Below are positions 19,463-32,629 of a stretch of 64,000 bases of DNA, piece by piece. Source of the DNA: Micrococcales bacterium (GTDB taxonomy: Bacteria > Actinomycetota > Actinomycetes > Actinomycetales > Microbacteriaceae); assembly GCA_947483795.1 (NCBI GenBank), contig CANKLZ010000001.1, positions 9,071 through 73,070 of the forward strand, in the 5' to 3' direction. Each line of letters starts with the position of its first letter. The first letter of the stretch is position 1. Under the pieces are notes generated by a model. That model searched no databases, was not told the DNA's origin, and was given only the letters and a program-made list of their open reading frames with translations. A program made the translations under genes and the position numbers.

Positions 19463-20251
19463 TTATAGGGTCAGGTGCTTTAGGAAGCGAGAAATACCGG
19501 AGAACTCGTCAACATCTAGGCTAGCTCCACCAACCAAGACACCGTCTACTTCTGGGCTTCTGAGGAATCCTGCTACGTTGCCAGCTTTCACTGAGCCACC
19601 GTACAAAATCCTTGTACTTTGGGCTATTTCAGGGCCTAGTAGTCCTTCTACGGCCTCGCGAATCTTAGTTGCGACACTCGCGGCTTGCTCTGGAGTGGCT
19701 ACTTGACCGGTACCAATGGCCCAAACTGGCTCATAAGCGACGATGAACTCGCCTACTTTTGCATGTCCAGCTAGCGCTGCAAGTATTTGCCTAACTGGCA
19801 CGGCACTTTGACCCTCTGACTCGAGTTCTTCAAGTGTCTCGCCGACACAGATGACTGGAATAAGGCCGTGCTTGAAGGCAGCTGCAACCTTGGACTGAAC
19901 CAGTGCGTCGTCTTCTTGGTGAAAGCTTCTGCGTTCGCTGTGCCCAATGATTACGTACTGAACACCTAGCTTGCTTAGGAATGCTCCTGAAATGTCGCCC
20001 GTGTACGCGCCCGAATCATGCTGGCTGAGATCTTGAGCACCCAAAGATAATGAGTACTTCTCAGCACTGATCAGAGTTTGCACAGTGCGCAGATCTGTGA
20101 ATGGAGGGAAAACGGCTACTTCGGTCTGCGTGTAGTCATGGTTGGCATCGGTAAGTGTCCAGGATAGTTTTTGCACAAAGGCTATTGCCTGCTGGTGATC
20201 CATGTTCATCTTCCAGTTACCTGCGATGAATGGAACTCTTGCTACAGTCAC
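19463..20251 (-). CDS. tpiA: Triosephosphate isomerase
   Basis: AGNWKMN, GHSERR, AYEPVWAIGTG, LVGGASL. Confidence 0.98.
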   Translation of the reverse strand: MTVARVPFIAGNWKMNMDHQQAIAFVQKLSWTLTDANHDYTQTEVAVFPPFTDLRTVQTLISAEKYSLSLGAQDLSQHDSGAYTGDISGAFLSKLGVQYVIIGHSERRSFHQEDDALVQSKVAAAFKHGLIPVICVGETLEELESEGQSAVPVRQILAALAGHAKVGEFIVAYEPVWAIGTGQVATPEQAASVATKIREAVEGLLGPEIAQSTRILYGGSVKAGNVAGFLRSPEVDGVLVGGASLDVDEFSGISRFLKHLTL

Positions 20252-21450
20252 TTCAATACCTCTAATCCTGGCATCTGCTTGCCCTCCAAAAATTCTAAAC
20301 TAGCGCCACCACCGGTGGAGATATGTGAGAAAGCAGAGTCTTCGAACCCAAGAATTCTGACCGCAGCCGCAGAGTCTCCTCCACCGACGACAGATAGACC
20401 GTCAACCTCGCTCAGTGCCTGAGCGACTTGCTTTGTTCCGTTGTCAAACGCTTCCATCTCGAAAACACCCATAGGGCCGTTCCAGAAAACAGTCTTAGCG
20501 TTTCTTATCACCGCTGCAAATGCTGCTGCGCTATCAGGTCCGATGTCTAAACCAAGTCCAGAACCACCAAATGGAGTTTCCTCAATTGCTTCGGCAGGTG
20601 TCACTAGAACTTCAGCATCTGTTCCGAACTTACTTGCCACAACAATGTCTGTTGGCAGAATCACCTCGACACCTAGTTCTGAGGCTCGTGCGAGGTATCC
20701 CTTAACTGTTTCAATCTGATCTGCTTCTAAAAGGCTCGAGCCAACCTTGTGTCCTAACGCTGCGAGGAACGTGAACACCATGCCACCGCCGACTAGTAAC
20801 TGATTGATGTGCGGAAGAAGGTGATTTATAACACCAAGCTTGTCGGAGACTTTCGATCCACCCAGAACCACTGCATACGGACGCTCTGGTGTTTCTGTGA
20901 GTCTTGTTAGTACTTCCAGTTCTTTTTGGATTAGCAAGCCTGCACAACTTGGTAGTAAGCCTGGCAGCTCATAAACCGATGCCTGCTTACGGTGAACAAC
21001 TCCAAACCCATCACTCACAAAGTAGTCCCCGAGGTTCGCCAACTCTTTAGCGAAAGCTATCCGCTCTGCTTCATCTTTCGATGTTTCTCCTGGGTGGAAT
21101 CTCAGGTTTTCTAGAACCAACAGTTCGCCATCTTGGAGGTTCTCTACGAACTCGGTCGCAATAGAACCAGTGGTGCTTGAACTAAAGTTGACTGTAGTAC
21201 TCAGTACTTCACTCAAACGCTTTGCTACTGGCTCAAGTGAATACTTCTCCACAACCGCACCATCAGGGCGACCTAGGTGACTAATCACTATAACTCTCGC
21301 TCCTTTTTCAAGAAGCAGATTGAGAGTTGGCAGTGAAGCTAGTATTCGACCATCGTCAGTGATTCGTGTGCCATCCAACGGAACGTTAAGGTCGCAACGA
21401 ACAATAACGCGCTTTGACTTCAAATCAGGTAGATCAGCTAACGTGCGCAT
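20248..21450 (-). CDS. pgk: Phosphoglycerate kinase
   Basis: DLNVP, SHLGRP, LENLRF, WNGPMGVFE, STGGGASLE. Confidence 0.98.
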   Translation of the reverse strand: MRTLADLPDLKSKRVIVRCDLNVPLDGTRITDDGRILASLPTLNLLLEKGARVIVISHLGRPDGAVVEKYSLEPVAKRLSEVLSTTVNFSSSTTGSIATEFVENLQDGELLVLENLRFHPGETSKDEAERIAFAKELANLGDYFVSDGFGVVHRKQASVYELPGLLPSCAGLLIQKELEVLTRLTETPERPYAVVLGGSKVSDKLGVINHLLPHINQLLVGGGMVFTFLAALGHKVGSSLLEADQIETVKGYLARASELGVEVILPTDIVVASKFGTDAEVLVTPAEAIEETPFGGSGLGLDIGPDSAAAFAAVIRNAKTVFWNGPMGVFEMEAFDNGTKQVAQALSEVDGLSVVGGGDSAAAVRILGFEDSAFSHISTGGGASLEFLEGKQMPGLEVLK

Positions 21451-21458
21451 CTATGAGA

Positions 21459-22472
<1,014 letters not shown>

Positions 22473-22561
22473 TTACTCCATTTATTCTTGGCATCACAAA
22501 AGATGCGTTTTGAGGGGTGTATTAGCTTCTAACCACTCAACGTTGGGTGGGATACCTACTT

Positions 22562-23185
22562 TTAGGGTAGCAGAAGAGTTGATGTGTTCTTGATAGCCTC
22601 AAGGAAGCGAGCCTGAACATCAGCCCAGTTAACGATGTTCCAGAATGCCTTTACATACTCTGGTTTGACGTTCTGATAGTCAAGGTAGAAAGCGTGCTCC
22701 CACATGTCCAACATCAAAAGGGGAATTGAACCAACTGAGAGGTTACCTTGGTGGTCATAAAGTTGTTCAATGATCAGTTTTTGACCCAGAATGTCCCAAA
22801 CCAAGATTGACCAACCTGAACCCTGGATGCCCAAAGCGCTTGCGGTGAAGTGAGCTCTAAAGGCATCAAATGATCCGAAGTACTCATCAATTGCAGCGGC
22901 TAACTCGCCGGTTGGCTTGTCGCCACCTTCTGGTGACATGTTTTTCCAGAAAACCGTGTGGTTTACGTGTCCTGCAAGGTTGAAGGCAAGGTCCTTCTGG
23001 AACTTGTTCACCATGGTCAGATCGTTCTTATCCCTTGCCTCAGCTAAAGCGTCTAGGGCAGAGTTAGCTCCGTTGACATAAGCCAAGTGGTGTTTGTCAT
23101 GGTGGAGTTCCATGATCTTGCCGGAGATGTTTGGCTCAAGTGCTCCATAGTCGTAGCTTAGGTCTGGCAATACGTATTTACTCAT
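22562..23185 (-). CDS. sodA: Superoxide dismutase (Mn/Fe)
   Basis: [20 protein letters not shown]. Confidence 0.96.
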   Translation of the reverse strand: MSKYVLPDLSYDYGALEPNISGKIMELHHDKHHLAYVNGANSALDALAEARDKNDLTMVNKFQKDLAFNLAGHVNHTVFWKNMSPEGGDKPTGELAAAIDEYFGSFDAFRAHFTASALGIQGSGWSILVWDILGQKLIIEQLYDHQGNLSVGSIPLLMLDMWEHAFYLDYQNVKPEYVKAFWNIVNWADVQARFLEAIKNTSTLLLP

Positions 23186-23200
23186 GGTGTATCTCCCTTG

Positions 23201-24175
23201 TTAGTCTTCAGTTTCTTGAGAATCAAGTTCAGTGTTTGGAATTCCTTGCTCTGCTGCAACTTTATCCGCTAAAGCGAGCAAACGACGTATCCGTCCAGCG
23301 ATGGCGTCTTTAGTCAAAGGTGGGGTAGCCAATCTTCCAAGGTCGTCAAGGCTAGCATCACGGTTGTGCAAGCGAAGTTCGCCAGCAACCTTTAGATGCT
23401 CCGGGATGTCATCGCCAAGGATTTCCATAGCTCTCTTCACTCTTTGCCCTGCCGCCACTGCTGCTTGAGCCGATCTCATTAGATTCGCATTGTCAAAGTT
23501 TGCAAGCCTATTTTGCTTGCCTCGAACTTCTCTTCTAACTCTCAGTTCTTCATACTTGAGTACTACTCCGTGAGCGCCAACATGCTTCAAGATCTCAACT
23601 ATGGCATCGCCCTCTCGAACGACAACTCGATACACACCGCGAGCTTCTCTAACCTTTGCGAAAACATCAAGTCTTCGGGCTATTCCAACTAGAGCCATTG
23701 CTGCTTCATTACCTGGAGCTGTAATCTCAAGTGTTGCAGATCGCCCTGGATCGGTTAGCGAACCATGCGCAAGGATTGCTCCTCGCCAGACAGCTTCAGC
23801 ATCTGCCTTACTACCTGAGACAAGTGCGGCAGGTAAGCCCCGAACTGGTCGGTTCTTAGTGTCGATTAGTCCAGTTTGGCGAGCTAGAGTTTCGGCGCTG
23901 TCGGTTACCTTGATCCTGTAATGAGTGCTCTTTCTAATGCCACCGGCAGCAATAACGGCTAGTTCACTTTCAACACCGTACACCTCAGCTAGGTCCTTAC
24001 GAACCCTTCTGGCCAACTGAGCTGTATCTACCTCTACCTCGACAACGATTTTGCCAGCAACTAGGTGCAGGCCACCGCAGAAACGCAGAATAGTGGCTAG
24101 CTCAGCCGCTCGAACAGTACTTTTAGATACTTCTATGCGTGCAAGTTCGTCTTTTAACTCAGCAGTTAACGCCAT
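23201..24175 (-). CDS. whiA: DNA-binding protein WhiA
   Basis: [33 protein letters not shown]. Confidence 0.95.
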   Translation of the reverse strand: MALTAELKDELARIEVSKSTVRAAELATILRFCGGLHLVAGKIVVEVEVDTAQLARRVRKDLAEVYGVESELAVIAAGGIRKSTHYRIKVTDSAETLARQTGLIDTKNRPVRGLPAALVSGSKADAEAVWRGAILAHGSLTDPGRSATLEITAPGNEAAMALVGIARRLDVFAKVREARGVYRVVVREGDAIVEILKHVGAHGVVLKYEELRVRREVRGKQNRLANFDNANLMRSAQAAVAAGQRVKRAMEILGDDIPEHLKVAGELRLHNRDASLDDLGRLATPPLTKDAIAGRIRRLLALADKVAAEQGIPNTELDSQETED

Positions 24176-24177
24176 TA

Positions 24178-25053
24178 CTACTCTTTTCCTAGGTCTCTAT
24201 GTTTAATACTCACTTCAACTCCTTCGAATCCTTCAAGACGTTTCGCGATCTCAATAGCCGTAGCAACAGATCTATGCTTTCCACCCGTGCAACCAATAGC
24301 AAAGGAGACTCTTTTACGGTTTTCTCTGAGATAGCCGTTAAGCACAGGTTTGATAGCAGCAACATAGTTGCTGATGAATTCTTCTGCGCCTTCTTGAGCT
24401 AGAACATATTCGGCAACTTGATGGTCCTGCCCATTGAACGGCCTGAGCGATTCATTCCAATAAGGATTTGGGATAAATCTCATATCGGCAATCATGTCCG
24501 CATCAGTCGGTGATCCGTATTTGAAGCCAAAGCTCTGAATGATGAGTTTCAATTTAGTGTTTTGCTCGTTTTCGAAAGCTTCGGCAATTTTGGATCCAAG
24601 TTGGTAAATGTTCAGATCGCTGCTATCAATAACTAAATCCGCTTGTTCTCTCAGTGGAAGAAGTCGAGCACGTTCGATAGCTATTCCATCAGAAATAGTT
24701 CCATCACCTTGCAGTGGATGTGGCCGTCTAACTTGCTCAAATCTTTTTATCAAGGCAGAATCGCTAGCTTCTAGGAACAGCACTTGAACATCAATGTTGC
24801 CAGACTCAAGAGAGCCGATATGTTCGTTCAAATCTTGAAACAGTTCTCCACCGCGTGCATCAATCACTACAGCAAGTCTCGGTAAGGCTTTTTCCGTCAT
24901 TGAAAATAGTTCGGCCATTGGCTTTAGCATTTGTGGTGGTAGATTATCAACCACATACCAGTCCATGTCCTCAAGCGCGTTGGCTACAGTTGAGCGTCCA
25001 GCTCCAGACATGCCAGTTACCACGAGTAACTCGTACGATTTTGATGTATTCAA
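24178..25053 (-). CDS. rapZ: RNase adapter RapZ (YvcJ)
   Basis: [30 protein letters not shown]. Confidence 0.95.
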   Translation of the reverse strand: MNTSKSYELLVVTGMSGAGRSTVANALEDMDWYVVDNLPPQMLKPMAELFSMTEKALPRLAVVIDARGGELFQDLNEHIGSLESGNIDVQVLFLEASDSALIKRFEQVRRPHPLQGDGTISDGIAIERARLLPLREQADLVIDSSDLNIYQLGSKIAEAFENEQNTKLKLIIQSFGFKYGSPTDADMIADMRFIPNPYWNESLRPFNGQDHQVAEYVLAQEGAEEFISNYVAAIKPVLNGYLRENRKRVSFAIGCTGGKHRSVATAIEIAKRLEGFEGVEVSIKHRDLGKE

Positions 25054-25080
25054 CTCGGACCTTTCATCTGCCTAGTGCTA

Positions 25081-25104
25081 ACTCTAGCCACTTTGCGACA
25101 CGCC
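25081..25104 (-). promoter_or_regulatory. Putative rapZ-whiA promoter with GACAC-containing motif
   Basis: Minus strand reads GGCGTGTCGC-aaagtggc-TAGAGT upstream of the rapZ RBS GAAAGG. Confidence 0.45.
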
Positions 25105-25132
25105 CGAGTTCCAAAAGACAAATTTAGGTCCC

Positions 25133-26992
25133 TTACCTTTCAGATTTAGCGAGTGTTTGGGCAATAGAAGTGGCCAAAACAGGTCCTATGCCGGCCACTT
25201 CGGCTATTTCTTCGACAGTTGCGAGCCTGAGGCGTTTGGCTGAACCGAACCTTCTGAGCAAGGCTGAAACCCGCTTCTCGCCTAGCCCCTCTATTGCCTC
25301 GAGTTCTGTCGCGATGCTTGATTTACGCTGTTTTCTTTGCGCAGCAATGGCAAACCGGTGCGCTTCATCGCGGATTCTTTGCAATAGGAACAGCGACTCT
25401 GAGCCTCTCGGCAATATAACTGGGAAAGGGTTATTCGGTAGCCATATCTCTTCAAGTCGCTTGGCTAGGCCTATGACTGCAAGATCCTTTACACCGCTAT
25501 CCTCAAGAGCTCTGGCTGCAGCACTAACTTGGGGCTGACCTCCATCGACCACAAGCAAGCCAGGCCGATAACTGAATCTATTCTCGTTGTCCTCTACTCC
25601 AGCGACTAAGTATTTAAGCCTTCTAGAAAGTGTTTGATAGAGAGATTCGGTATCGTCACTAGAAGATTCAATGTTGAATTTCCTATAAAGGTTCTTTTTT
25701 GGTAAGCCGTCTTCGAAGACAACCATGGATGAAACTATGCCTGTACCACCTAAATGTGAAACGTCGAAACACTCGATGCGAAGTGGTGCTGTCGTCAGAT
25801 TCAAAGCCTTCTGCAACTCCGTCAAGGCTTCACTTCGAGCACTAAAGTCAGTTGTTCTGCGCGTTTTGTATAAAGCCAGGGCATGCTTTGCGTTAGTGAG
25901 TGCTGTTTCTGCTAAAGCCCGCTTATCCCCACGCTGCGGGATTCTTAGATCAACTTTTGCTCCTCGAATTTCTGACAGCCACTGGCAGAGCGCATCAGCA
26001 TCTAAAGGCAGAATAGGAACCAGAACCTCCCGAGGAACATCAGATGCGAACGTAGCATCTTTGCCATAAACGTTTTGTAGGAGATACTCAACTAGTTCGC
26101 TCTGATCACGTTCAAGCTCCTTGTCGACTACCCAGCCTCTAACACCACGAATACGTCCACCACGGACTCTGAAAAGGCTCACGGCAGCAGCCAGTTCATC
26201 ATCTGCAATACCGAACAGATCTGCGTCAGTTTGATCTGTGAAAACCACTGTGCTCTTTTCGAGCACTGTGTCCAAAGCGTAAATGTTGTCTCTTAGCTTT
26301 GCAGCTAGTTCAAAGTTGCTCTCATCCGAGGCTTTTAGCATTCTTTCACGGAGCGATTCGACATGTGTCTCATCTCCACTTTGCAAGAACTCCGCAAAAC
26401 CCTTAGCAAGTTCTTTATGTTTCTCTGGAGTCACTCTAGAAACACAGGGTGCCGAACATTTACCAATGTCGGCAAGTAAGCATGGACGGTTGGTTGATTT
26501 AGCGGTATTGAATACACCTACCGAGCAAGATCTGATGGGAAAAACTTTGAGCATGCTGTCTAAGGTGTCTCGAATAGCCCATGCCTGAGTGTATGGTCCG
26601 AAGTATTTAGCCCCTTTGATGTCTCTGTTTCTTGTTATAAAAACACGAGGGGTCTTGTCTGCCATGGTTATTGCTAGGTAAGGGTAAGACTTGTCGTCTT
26701 TGAATCTAACGTTGAATGGAGGATTGAATTCCTTAATCCACGTAAATTCCAGCTGGAGTGCTTCGAACTCTGTTTTTACAATGGTCCAGTTGACATCTCG
26801 TGCTGCAGTAACCATTCTTCGAGTCTTTTCCTGAAGGGAGTCGAGAGGTCCGAAATATGAGGTTAGCCTGGCTCTTAGGTTCTTAGCTTTGCCAACGTAA
26901 AGGACTCTGCCCGTTTCATCAAGGAATCTATAGACGCCAGGGTTAGTAGGAATCTCAGAACTCTTTGGTCTAAAGCTGAGGTCGTTAGCCAT
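25133..26992 (-). CDS. uvrC: Excinuclease ABC subunit C
   Basis: GIY-YIG domain ([12 protein letters not shown]), [18 protein letters not shown]-terminal HhH. Confidence 0.97.
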   Translation of the reverse strand: MANDLSFRPKSSEIPTNPGVYRFLDETGRVLYVGKAKNLRARLTSYFGPLDSLQEKTRRMVTAARDVNWTIVKTEFEALQLEFTWIKEFNPPFNVRFKDDKSYPYLAITMADKTPRVFITRNRDIKGAKYFGPYTQAWAIRDTLDSMLKVFPIRSCSVGVFNTAKSTNRPCLLADIGKCSAPCVSRVTPEKHKELAKGFAEFLQSGDETHVESLRERMLKASDESNFELAAKLRDNIYALDTVLEKSTVVFTDQTDADLFGIADDELAAAVSLFRVRGGRIRGVRGWVVDKELERDQSELVEYLLQNVYGKDATFASDVPREVLVPILPLDADALCQWLSEIRGAKVDLRIPQRGDKRALAETALTNAKHALALYKTRRTTDFSARSEALTELQKALNLTTAPLRIECFDVSHLGGTGIVSSMVVFEDGLPKKNLYRKFNIESSSDDTESLYQTLSRRLKYLVAGVEDNENRFSYRPGLLVVDGGQPQVSAAARALEDSGVKDLAVIGLAKRLEEIWLPNNPFPVILPRGSESLFLLQRIRDEAHRFAIAAQRKQRKSSIATELEAIEGLGEKRVSALLRRFGSAKRLRLATVEEIAEVAGIGPVLATSIAQTLAKSER

Positions 26993-26994
26993 TT

Positions 26995-29856
26995 CTAACT
27001 GAGTATTTCCTTGAGGAATTTACCAGTGTGGGATTTGGTTGACTTAGCAATCTGCTCAGGTGTGCCAACTGCGACTACCTCACCACCGCGTGAACCACCT
27101 TCAGGACCAATGTCAACAACCCAGTCAGAGCTTTTAATGACATCTAGATTGTGCTCGATGACGATCACGGTATTGCCTTTATCGACCAATCCATTTAGTA
27201 CCAGAAGCAGCTTGCGGACATCTTCAAAGTGCAGGCCAGTGGTTGGTTCATCTAGAACATAAATACTTCGACCATAGGAGCGCTTCTGAAGTTCGGTTGC
27301 CAACTTCACTCTTTGAGCTTCGCCACCGGAGAGTGTCGTAGCACTTTGACCCAACCGGACGTAACCCAGACCGACATCAACCAATGTGTCTAGGTATCTT
27401 GCTATAGACGTAATGGCAGCGAAGAACTCAGCACCTTCAGCAATAGGCATCTCTAATACTTCAGCGATTGATTTGCCCTTGTATTTAACCTGAAGCGTCT
27501 CTCGGTTGTATCTTGCACCGTGGCAAACCTCGCATGAAACGTAAACATCGGGAAGGAAGTTCATTTCAATCTTCAGAGTTCCATCGCCGCTACATGCCTC
27601 ACAACGACCTCCCTTAACGTTGAAAGAGAATCGACCCTGTTGGTAACCGCGAGCTTTTGATTCCTGGGTGTCCGCAAACAGCTTCCGAATGTGATCAAAG
27701 ACACCGGTATAGGTAGCTGGGTTTGATCTTGGGGTTCTACCGATTGGGTTTTGATCTACGTGCACAACTTTGTCGAGCTGATCTAGGCCTTCAACTCTGG
27801 TGTGCTTACCTGCTACTCCCTTAGCTCCGTTGAGTTTGTTGGCAAGCACTTCATATAGAACATCGTTAACGAGAGATGATTTACCAGATCCACTGACACC
27901 TGTTACTGAAGTGAACGTGCCCAGTGGGAAAGTAACGTCAATGTTTTTCAGGTTGTTTTCTCTTGCCCCGACAACCTTGATTTGGCGACTCTCGTCTATC
28001 GTTCTTCTCTTCTTAGGGGTTTCAATGGACTCTCTACCGCTTAGGAAAGCTCCTGTTATGGATTCCTTGTTCGTCAGAATTGCTTTGTAGCTCCCGCTGT
28101 GAACAACTTCGCCACCGTGAACACCAGCTCCTGGACCTATGTCAACCAGCCAGTCGGCTGCCTTGATGGTGTCTTCATCGTGCTCAACGACTATCAAAGT
28201 GTTACCTAGGTTCTTCAGTCTGATAAGGGTTTCAATCAGGCGCATGTTATCTCGTTGGTGCAAACCGATGCTTGGTTCGTCGAGTACATATAAAACACCA
28301 GTTAGTCCTGCACCGATTTGTGTAGCTAGACGAATACGTTGTGCCTCTCCGCCAGAGAGTGTAGCGGCAGCTCTTTCCAATGACAGATAGTCAAGTCCAA
28401 CAGCTATCAAGAACTCAAGTCTTGAACTAATCTCACGAAGTACCTGTGCTGCAATCTTCTCGTCACGTTTGTCGAGTTTCAGCTTGCTAAAGAACTCATA
28501 GGATTCACCCAAGCTCATGAAACAGACGTCGGCTATAGAGCTGTTTCCAACCTTGACAGCTAGAACCTCAGGTCTGAGTCTTGCTCCATTGCAATCAGGG
28601 CAAGGAGTTTCTCTCAAATATTCGGACCACTTCCCTCTTGCCCAATCGTTATCAGCCTCAAGATACTTTCGCTCAATGTAGTTGACCGCACCTTCGAAAC
28701 CAGTTGTGTACTTTAGTTCACGACCGTACTTGTTCTTCCATTTCATTTGCACTTCGAAGTTATTGCCATAGAGAACGGCGTCTTGGATCTCTTCAGGTAA
28801 GTCAGACCAAGCCGTGTTTAGTGAGAAGTCTAGATCTTTGGCTAATCCGCTGAGCAGTCTTGTGTAGTAAGTGAAGAGACCCTTACCTTGGGTTGACCAA
28901 GGTCGGATTACTCCACCGTTAATAGACTCAGAAACATCGCCAATAATGAGTTCCCTATCTACTGCCATTTTCACGCCGAGACCAGAGCACTTAGGGCAAG
29001 CACCAAATGGAGCGTTGAATGAGAAAGTTCTTGGTTCAATCTCAGTCAGCGCCAGTGTGTGTTCATTAGGGCAGGACATCTTCTCGCTGAAGTTGCGATA
29101 CTTCCCGGTTCCCTTGATATCTACGAAGTCGATCGTCAGTCTTCCGCCAGCAACCTTTAGTGCTGTCTCCACCGAATCGGTAAGTCTCTGTGTGATGTCG
29201 TCCTTTGCTACTAAACGGTCGATTACAACTGAGACATCGTGCTTATATGTTTTACGCAAAGGTTTTGCATCTGTGAGCTGAATCACTTCACCATCGACTA
29301 CCGCTCTGGCAAAACCTTGACTAATCAGTTCGCGGAATAAGTCAGAGAACTCACCCTTTTTCTGGTCCACAACCTGAGCAAGTATTTGGTACTTAGTGCC
29401 AGTCTTGAACTGCATAATCTGGTCTACTATTTGTTGTGCAGTTTGCTTAGTTATCTTTTCACCACATTCAGAGCAGTGTGGAACACCGATGCGAGCCCAT
29501 AGCAATCTCAGATAGTCGTGGATCTCTGTAATCGTTCCAACTGTTGATCTTGGGTTACGGTTGGTTGATTTCTGGTCAATTGAAACAGCAGGGCTTAGGC
29601 CTTCAATGAAATCAACATCAGGTCTATCAACCTGACCAAGGAACTGTCTTGCATATGCGCTCAAGGACTCCACGTACCTGCGTTGACCCTCAGCAAAGAT
29701 GGTGTCGAAAGCGAGTGAAGACTTACCGGAACCGCTCAGGCCAGTGAAAACAACCATGGCGTTCTTAGGGATCTCTAGGTTGAGGTTCTTTAGGTTGTGG
29801 ACCCTAGCGCCTTTGATTACTAGTTTCTCTTTAGTGGGGTTGCTGATATGTGGCAT
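26995..29856 (-). CDS. uvrA: Excinuclease ABC subunit A
   Basis: [23 protein letters not shown]; two ABC cassettes and Zn fingers. Confidence 0.98.
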   Translation of the reverse strand: MPHISNPTKEKLVIKGARVHNLKNLNLEIPKNAMVVFTGLSGSGKSSLAFDTIFAEGQRRYVESLSAYARQFLGQVDRPDVDFIEGLSPAVSIDQKSTNRNPRSTVGTITEIHDYLRLLWARIGVPHCSECGEKITKQTAQQIVDQIMQFKTGTKYQILAQVVDQKKGEFSDLFRELISQGFARAVVDGEVIQLTDAKPLRKTYKHDVSVVIDRLVAKDDITQRLTDSVETALKVAGGRLTIDFVDIKGTGKYRNFSEKMSCPNEHTLALTEIEPRTFSFNAPFGACPKCSGLGVKMAVDRELIIGDVSESINGGVIRPWSTQGKGLFTYYTRLLSGLAKDLDFSLNTAWSDLPEEIQDAVLYGNNFEVQMKWKNKYGRELKYTTGFEGAVNYIERKYLEADNDWARGKWSEYLRETPCPDCNGARLRPEVLAVKVGNSSIADVCFMSLGESYEFFSKLKLDKRDEKIAAQVLREISSRLEFLIAVGLDYLSLERAAATLSGGEAQRIRLATQIGAGLTGVLYVLDEPSIGLHQRDNMRLIETLIRLKNLGNTLIVVEHDEDTIKAADWLVDIGPGAGVHGGEVVHSGSYKAILTNKESITGAFLSGRESIETPKKRRTIDESRQIKVVGARENNLKNIDVTFPLGTFTSVTGVSGSGKSSLVNDVLYEVLANKLNGAKGVAGKHTRVEGLDQLDKVVHVDQNPIGRTPRSNPATYTGVFDHIRKLFADTQESKARGYQQGRFSFNVKGGRCEACSGDGTLKIEMNFLPDVYVSCEVCHGARYNRETLQVKYKGKSIAEVLEMPIAEGAEFFAAITSIARYLDTLVDVGLGYVRLGQSATTLSGGEAQRVKLATELQKRSYGRSIYVLDEPTTGLHFEDVRKLLLVLNGLVDKGNTVIVIEHNLDVIKSSDWVVDIGPEGGSRGGEVVAVGTPEQIAKSTKSHTGKFLKEILS

Positions 29857-29883
29857 TTGAACAGTTTAACCCCAACGACTGAA

Positions 29884-31947
29884 CTAAACCTTGTCTATCT
29901 GCCTAAGCGTGTATTTGAGTTCACTTATCTCATCTCTAAGTCTCGCTGCCAGCTCGAACTTTAGCTCCGCTGCGGCTGATTTCATCTGTTGATCTAGGTC
30001 GACCACCAAATCCAACAGTTCGTCGTGGCTTGCGTTTTGACCTGGCCTTGCTTTGAGCGGACTGATTCCCTTGTTTCCTGAACGCTTACCCTTAGCGCTA
30101 TCGAGAAGTTCAGCGGTGTCTTGTTCTTCTCGCAAGATGCTGTCGGTGATGTCAGCAATCTTCTTTCGAAGTGGCTGTGGGTCGACTCCCTTTTCGAGGT
30201 TGTAGGCAACCTGCTTCTCGCGTCTACGATTTGTCTCATCGATAGCTCTTGCCATTGAATCAGTTATTCGATCGGCATACATGTGGACTTCACCGCTAAC
30301 GTTACGAGCAGCTCGACCTATTGTTTGAATCAATGATGTTGTTGATCTAAGGAAACCTTCTTTATCAGCATCCAGAATGCTCACGAGTGATACCTCCGGA
30401 AGATCGAGGCCTTCTCTTAGAAGGTTGATTCCCACCAGAACGTCGTATACACCGCTTCTAAGTTCTCGAAGCAATTCAACTCTTCTTAGAGTGTCAACAT
30501 CGCTGTGAAGATAGCGTACGCGAACTCCTGCTTCTGTGAGGAACTCTGTGAGTTCCTCAGACATCTTCTTTGTCAGAGTTGTGACAAGGACTCGTTCGTC
30601 CTTGGCAGCTCGAATTCTAATCTCTTCAAGTAGATCATCAATCTGACCTTTGGAAGGCTTGATCACAATCTGCGGGTCAATAAGTCCAGTTGGTCGAATA
30701 ATTTGCTCAACAGCACCATCAGCAACACCCAGCTCATACTTACCAGGGGTAGCAGAGAGATAAACTGTCTGCCCTACACGCTCCAAGAACTCAGGCCACT
30801 TTAGTGGTCTATTGTCCATAGCAGATGGTAATCGGAACCCATGCTCAACAAGGGTTCTCTTTCTAGATGAATCCCCCTCATACATAGCTCCAATTTGTGG
30901 AACTGTTACGTGTGACTCGTCTATCACTGTGAGGAAATCTTCAGGAAAGTAATCCAGTAGACAAGAAGGCGATGAGCCCGGTTCGCGTCCATCTAGATGA
31001 CGTGAGTAGTTCTCAATACCGTTACAAAAACCTAATTCTCTAATCATCTCAAGATCGAAAGTGGTTCTCATTTTGATTCTCTGAGCTTCAAGAAACTTGC
31101 CTTGAATCTCGAACTCTTTGACTCTTGCGGCCATCTCTTCTTCAATGGCCTCAAGAGCTGGCCCCATTCGTTCTGCTGAAGTTACGTAGTAGCTAGCCGG
31201 GTACACGGAGATTGTGTCCATGGCGCGCACTATCTCACCGGTGAGCGGATGCAATTGATAGATGTTTTCTATCTCGTCGCCGAAAAGTTCAAGTCGGATA
31301 GCCAACTCATCGTAGACAGGAATGATCTCAATGGTGTCACCCTTAACCCTGAAGTTACCTCGAGAAAAGTCGTAGTCGTTGCGCTGATACTGCATCGCCA
31401 CGAACTCTCGGATGAGCTCTTCACGATCGATTGTTTGACCTTTATGAAGAGGCTTCGACATGTCTAGATACTCGCTCGGTGCTCCCAGTCCATAGATGCA
31501 GGACACAGTAGAGACAACCACAACATCTCTTCGAGACAGAAGGCTCATCGTTGCGGAGTAGCGTAGTCGCTCGACTTCCTCGTTAATGGACGAGTCCTTT
31601 TCGATGAAGGTGTCTGTTTGTGGGACATAGGCTTCAGGTTGGTAGTAGTCGTAGTAGCTCACGAAGTATTCAACTGCATTATTAGGCAACAGTTCCCTAA
31701 ACTCATTAACCAACTGAGCAGCAAGAGTTTTGTTGTGAGCAAGCACAAGTGTCGGGCGTTGTAGTTTTTCAATAAGCCATGCAGTTGTGGCAGACTTTCC
31801 AGTTCCAGTTGCACCAAGTAGCACAACATCCTTTTCGCCATTGTTTATGCGCTCGGTGAGCTCAGCTATCGCTGTTGGCTGATCACCAGATGGTGTGTAT
31901 TCGCTGATTACCTCGAATGGAGCGAAGGTTCTAGTTGGTCCCTTCAC
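29884..31947 (-). CDS. uvrB: Excinuclease ABC subunit B
   Basis: [36 protein letters not shown]-terminal UVR domain. Confidence 0.98.
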   Translation of the reverse strand: MKGPTRTFAPFEVISEYTPSGDQPTAIAELTERINNGEKDVVLLGATGTGKSATTAWLIEKLQRPTLVLAHNKTLAAQLVNEFRELLPNNAVEYFVSYYDYYQPEAYVPQTDTFIEKDSSINEEVERLRYSATMSLLSRRDVVVVSTVSCIYGLGAPSEYLDMSKPLHKGQTIDREELIREFVAMQYQRNDYDFSRGNFRVKGDTIEIIPVYDELAIRLELFGDEIENIYQLHPLTGEIVRAMDTISVYPASYYVTSAERMGPALEAIEEEMAARVKEFEIQGKFLEAQRIKMRTTFDLEMIRELGFCNGIENYSRHLDGREPGSSPSCLLDYFPEDFLTVIDESHVTVPQIGAMYEGDSSRKRTLVEHGFRLPSAMDNRPLKWPEFLERVGQTVYLSATPGKYELGVADGAVEQIIRPTGLIDPQIVIKPSKGQIDDLLEEIRIRAAKDERVLVTTLTKKMSEELTEFLTEAGVRVRYLHSDVDTLRRVELLRELRSGVYDVLVGINLLREGLDLPEVSLVSILDADKEGFLRSTTSLIQTIGRAARNVSGEVHMYADRITDSMARAIDETNRRREKQVAYNLEKGVDPQPLRKKIADITDSILREEQDTAELLDSAKGKRSGNKGISPLKARPGQNASHDELLDLVVDLDQQMKSAAAELKFELAARLRDEISELKYTLRQIDKV

Positions 31948-31948
31948 G

Positions 31949-32554
31949 CTATTGCTCCCTCTTATTCAAACCTTGAAATGTTTGAAACAACTTAGTTGCA
32001 TCTTCTGTTAGGCCAGATAGTGACTGATTTGAGTTCAGAATGTGATCCGCACGGGTCGCTCGATCAATAGCGCTTGCTTGGGATTGGATGCGAGCAAGAG
32101 CTTGCTCTAAGGTCATACCTCTGGAACTAACTAACCTTTGTGCCCGCTCAGATTCTGGGGCCTCAACGCTAACAATCACATCGAAGGGAAGTTCAACGTT
32201 GGCCTCGACCAATAGAGGAACTGTGTAGATAACTATTGATTTTTCAGGTACGGATTGAAGTAGAACTTTAGCTCTTTTGCGAACCAAGGGGTGAACAATC
32301 GATTCTAAAAACTTCCTCTCCTGAACGTTATTGAAAACTATCTCACCCAATGCTTGTCTGTCTAACGATCCTGTCTCAGTGAATACTTTCTCTCCGAAAT
32401 GCTCTTTGATCTTCATTAGACCTTCACTGCCAGGTGCAATAACCTCTCTTGCCAGTAGGTCCGCATCAATCTCGATAGCTCCAAGAGATACCCAGATGCT
32501 TGCCACGGTAGATTTACCTGCTGCTATGCCACCGGTCAGACCTATCAATAACAT
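31949..32554 (-). CDS. coaE: Dephospho-CoA kinase
   Basis: [23 protein letters not shown]. Confidence 0.95.
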   Translation of the reverse strand: MLLIGLTGGIAAGKSTVASIWVSLGAIEIDADLLAREVIAPGSEGLMKIKEHFGEKVFTETGSLDRQALGEIVFNNVQERKFLESIVHPLVRKRAKVLLQSVPEKSIVIYTVPLLVEANVELPFDVIVSVEAPESERAQRLVSSRGMTLEQALARIQSQASAIDRATRADHILNSNQSLSGLTEDATKLFQTFQGLNKREQ

Positions 32555-32580
32555 GCTCTAAGCCTAACCCGATGTTAAAT

Positions 32581-32615
32581 GAAAGACGGGCTGGCCCTCA
32601 GGACCAACCCGTCTT
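32581..32615 (-). terminator. Intrinsic terminator after rpsA
   Basis: Stem AAGACGGG...CCCGTCTT just downstream of the rpsA stop, then TTTCATTT on the minus strand. Confidence 0.75.
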
Positions 32616-32629
32616 AGAGTTTGTAACTA

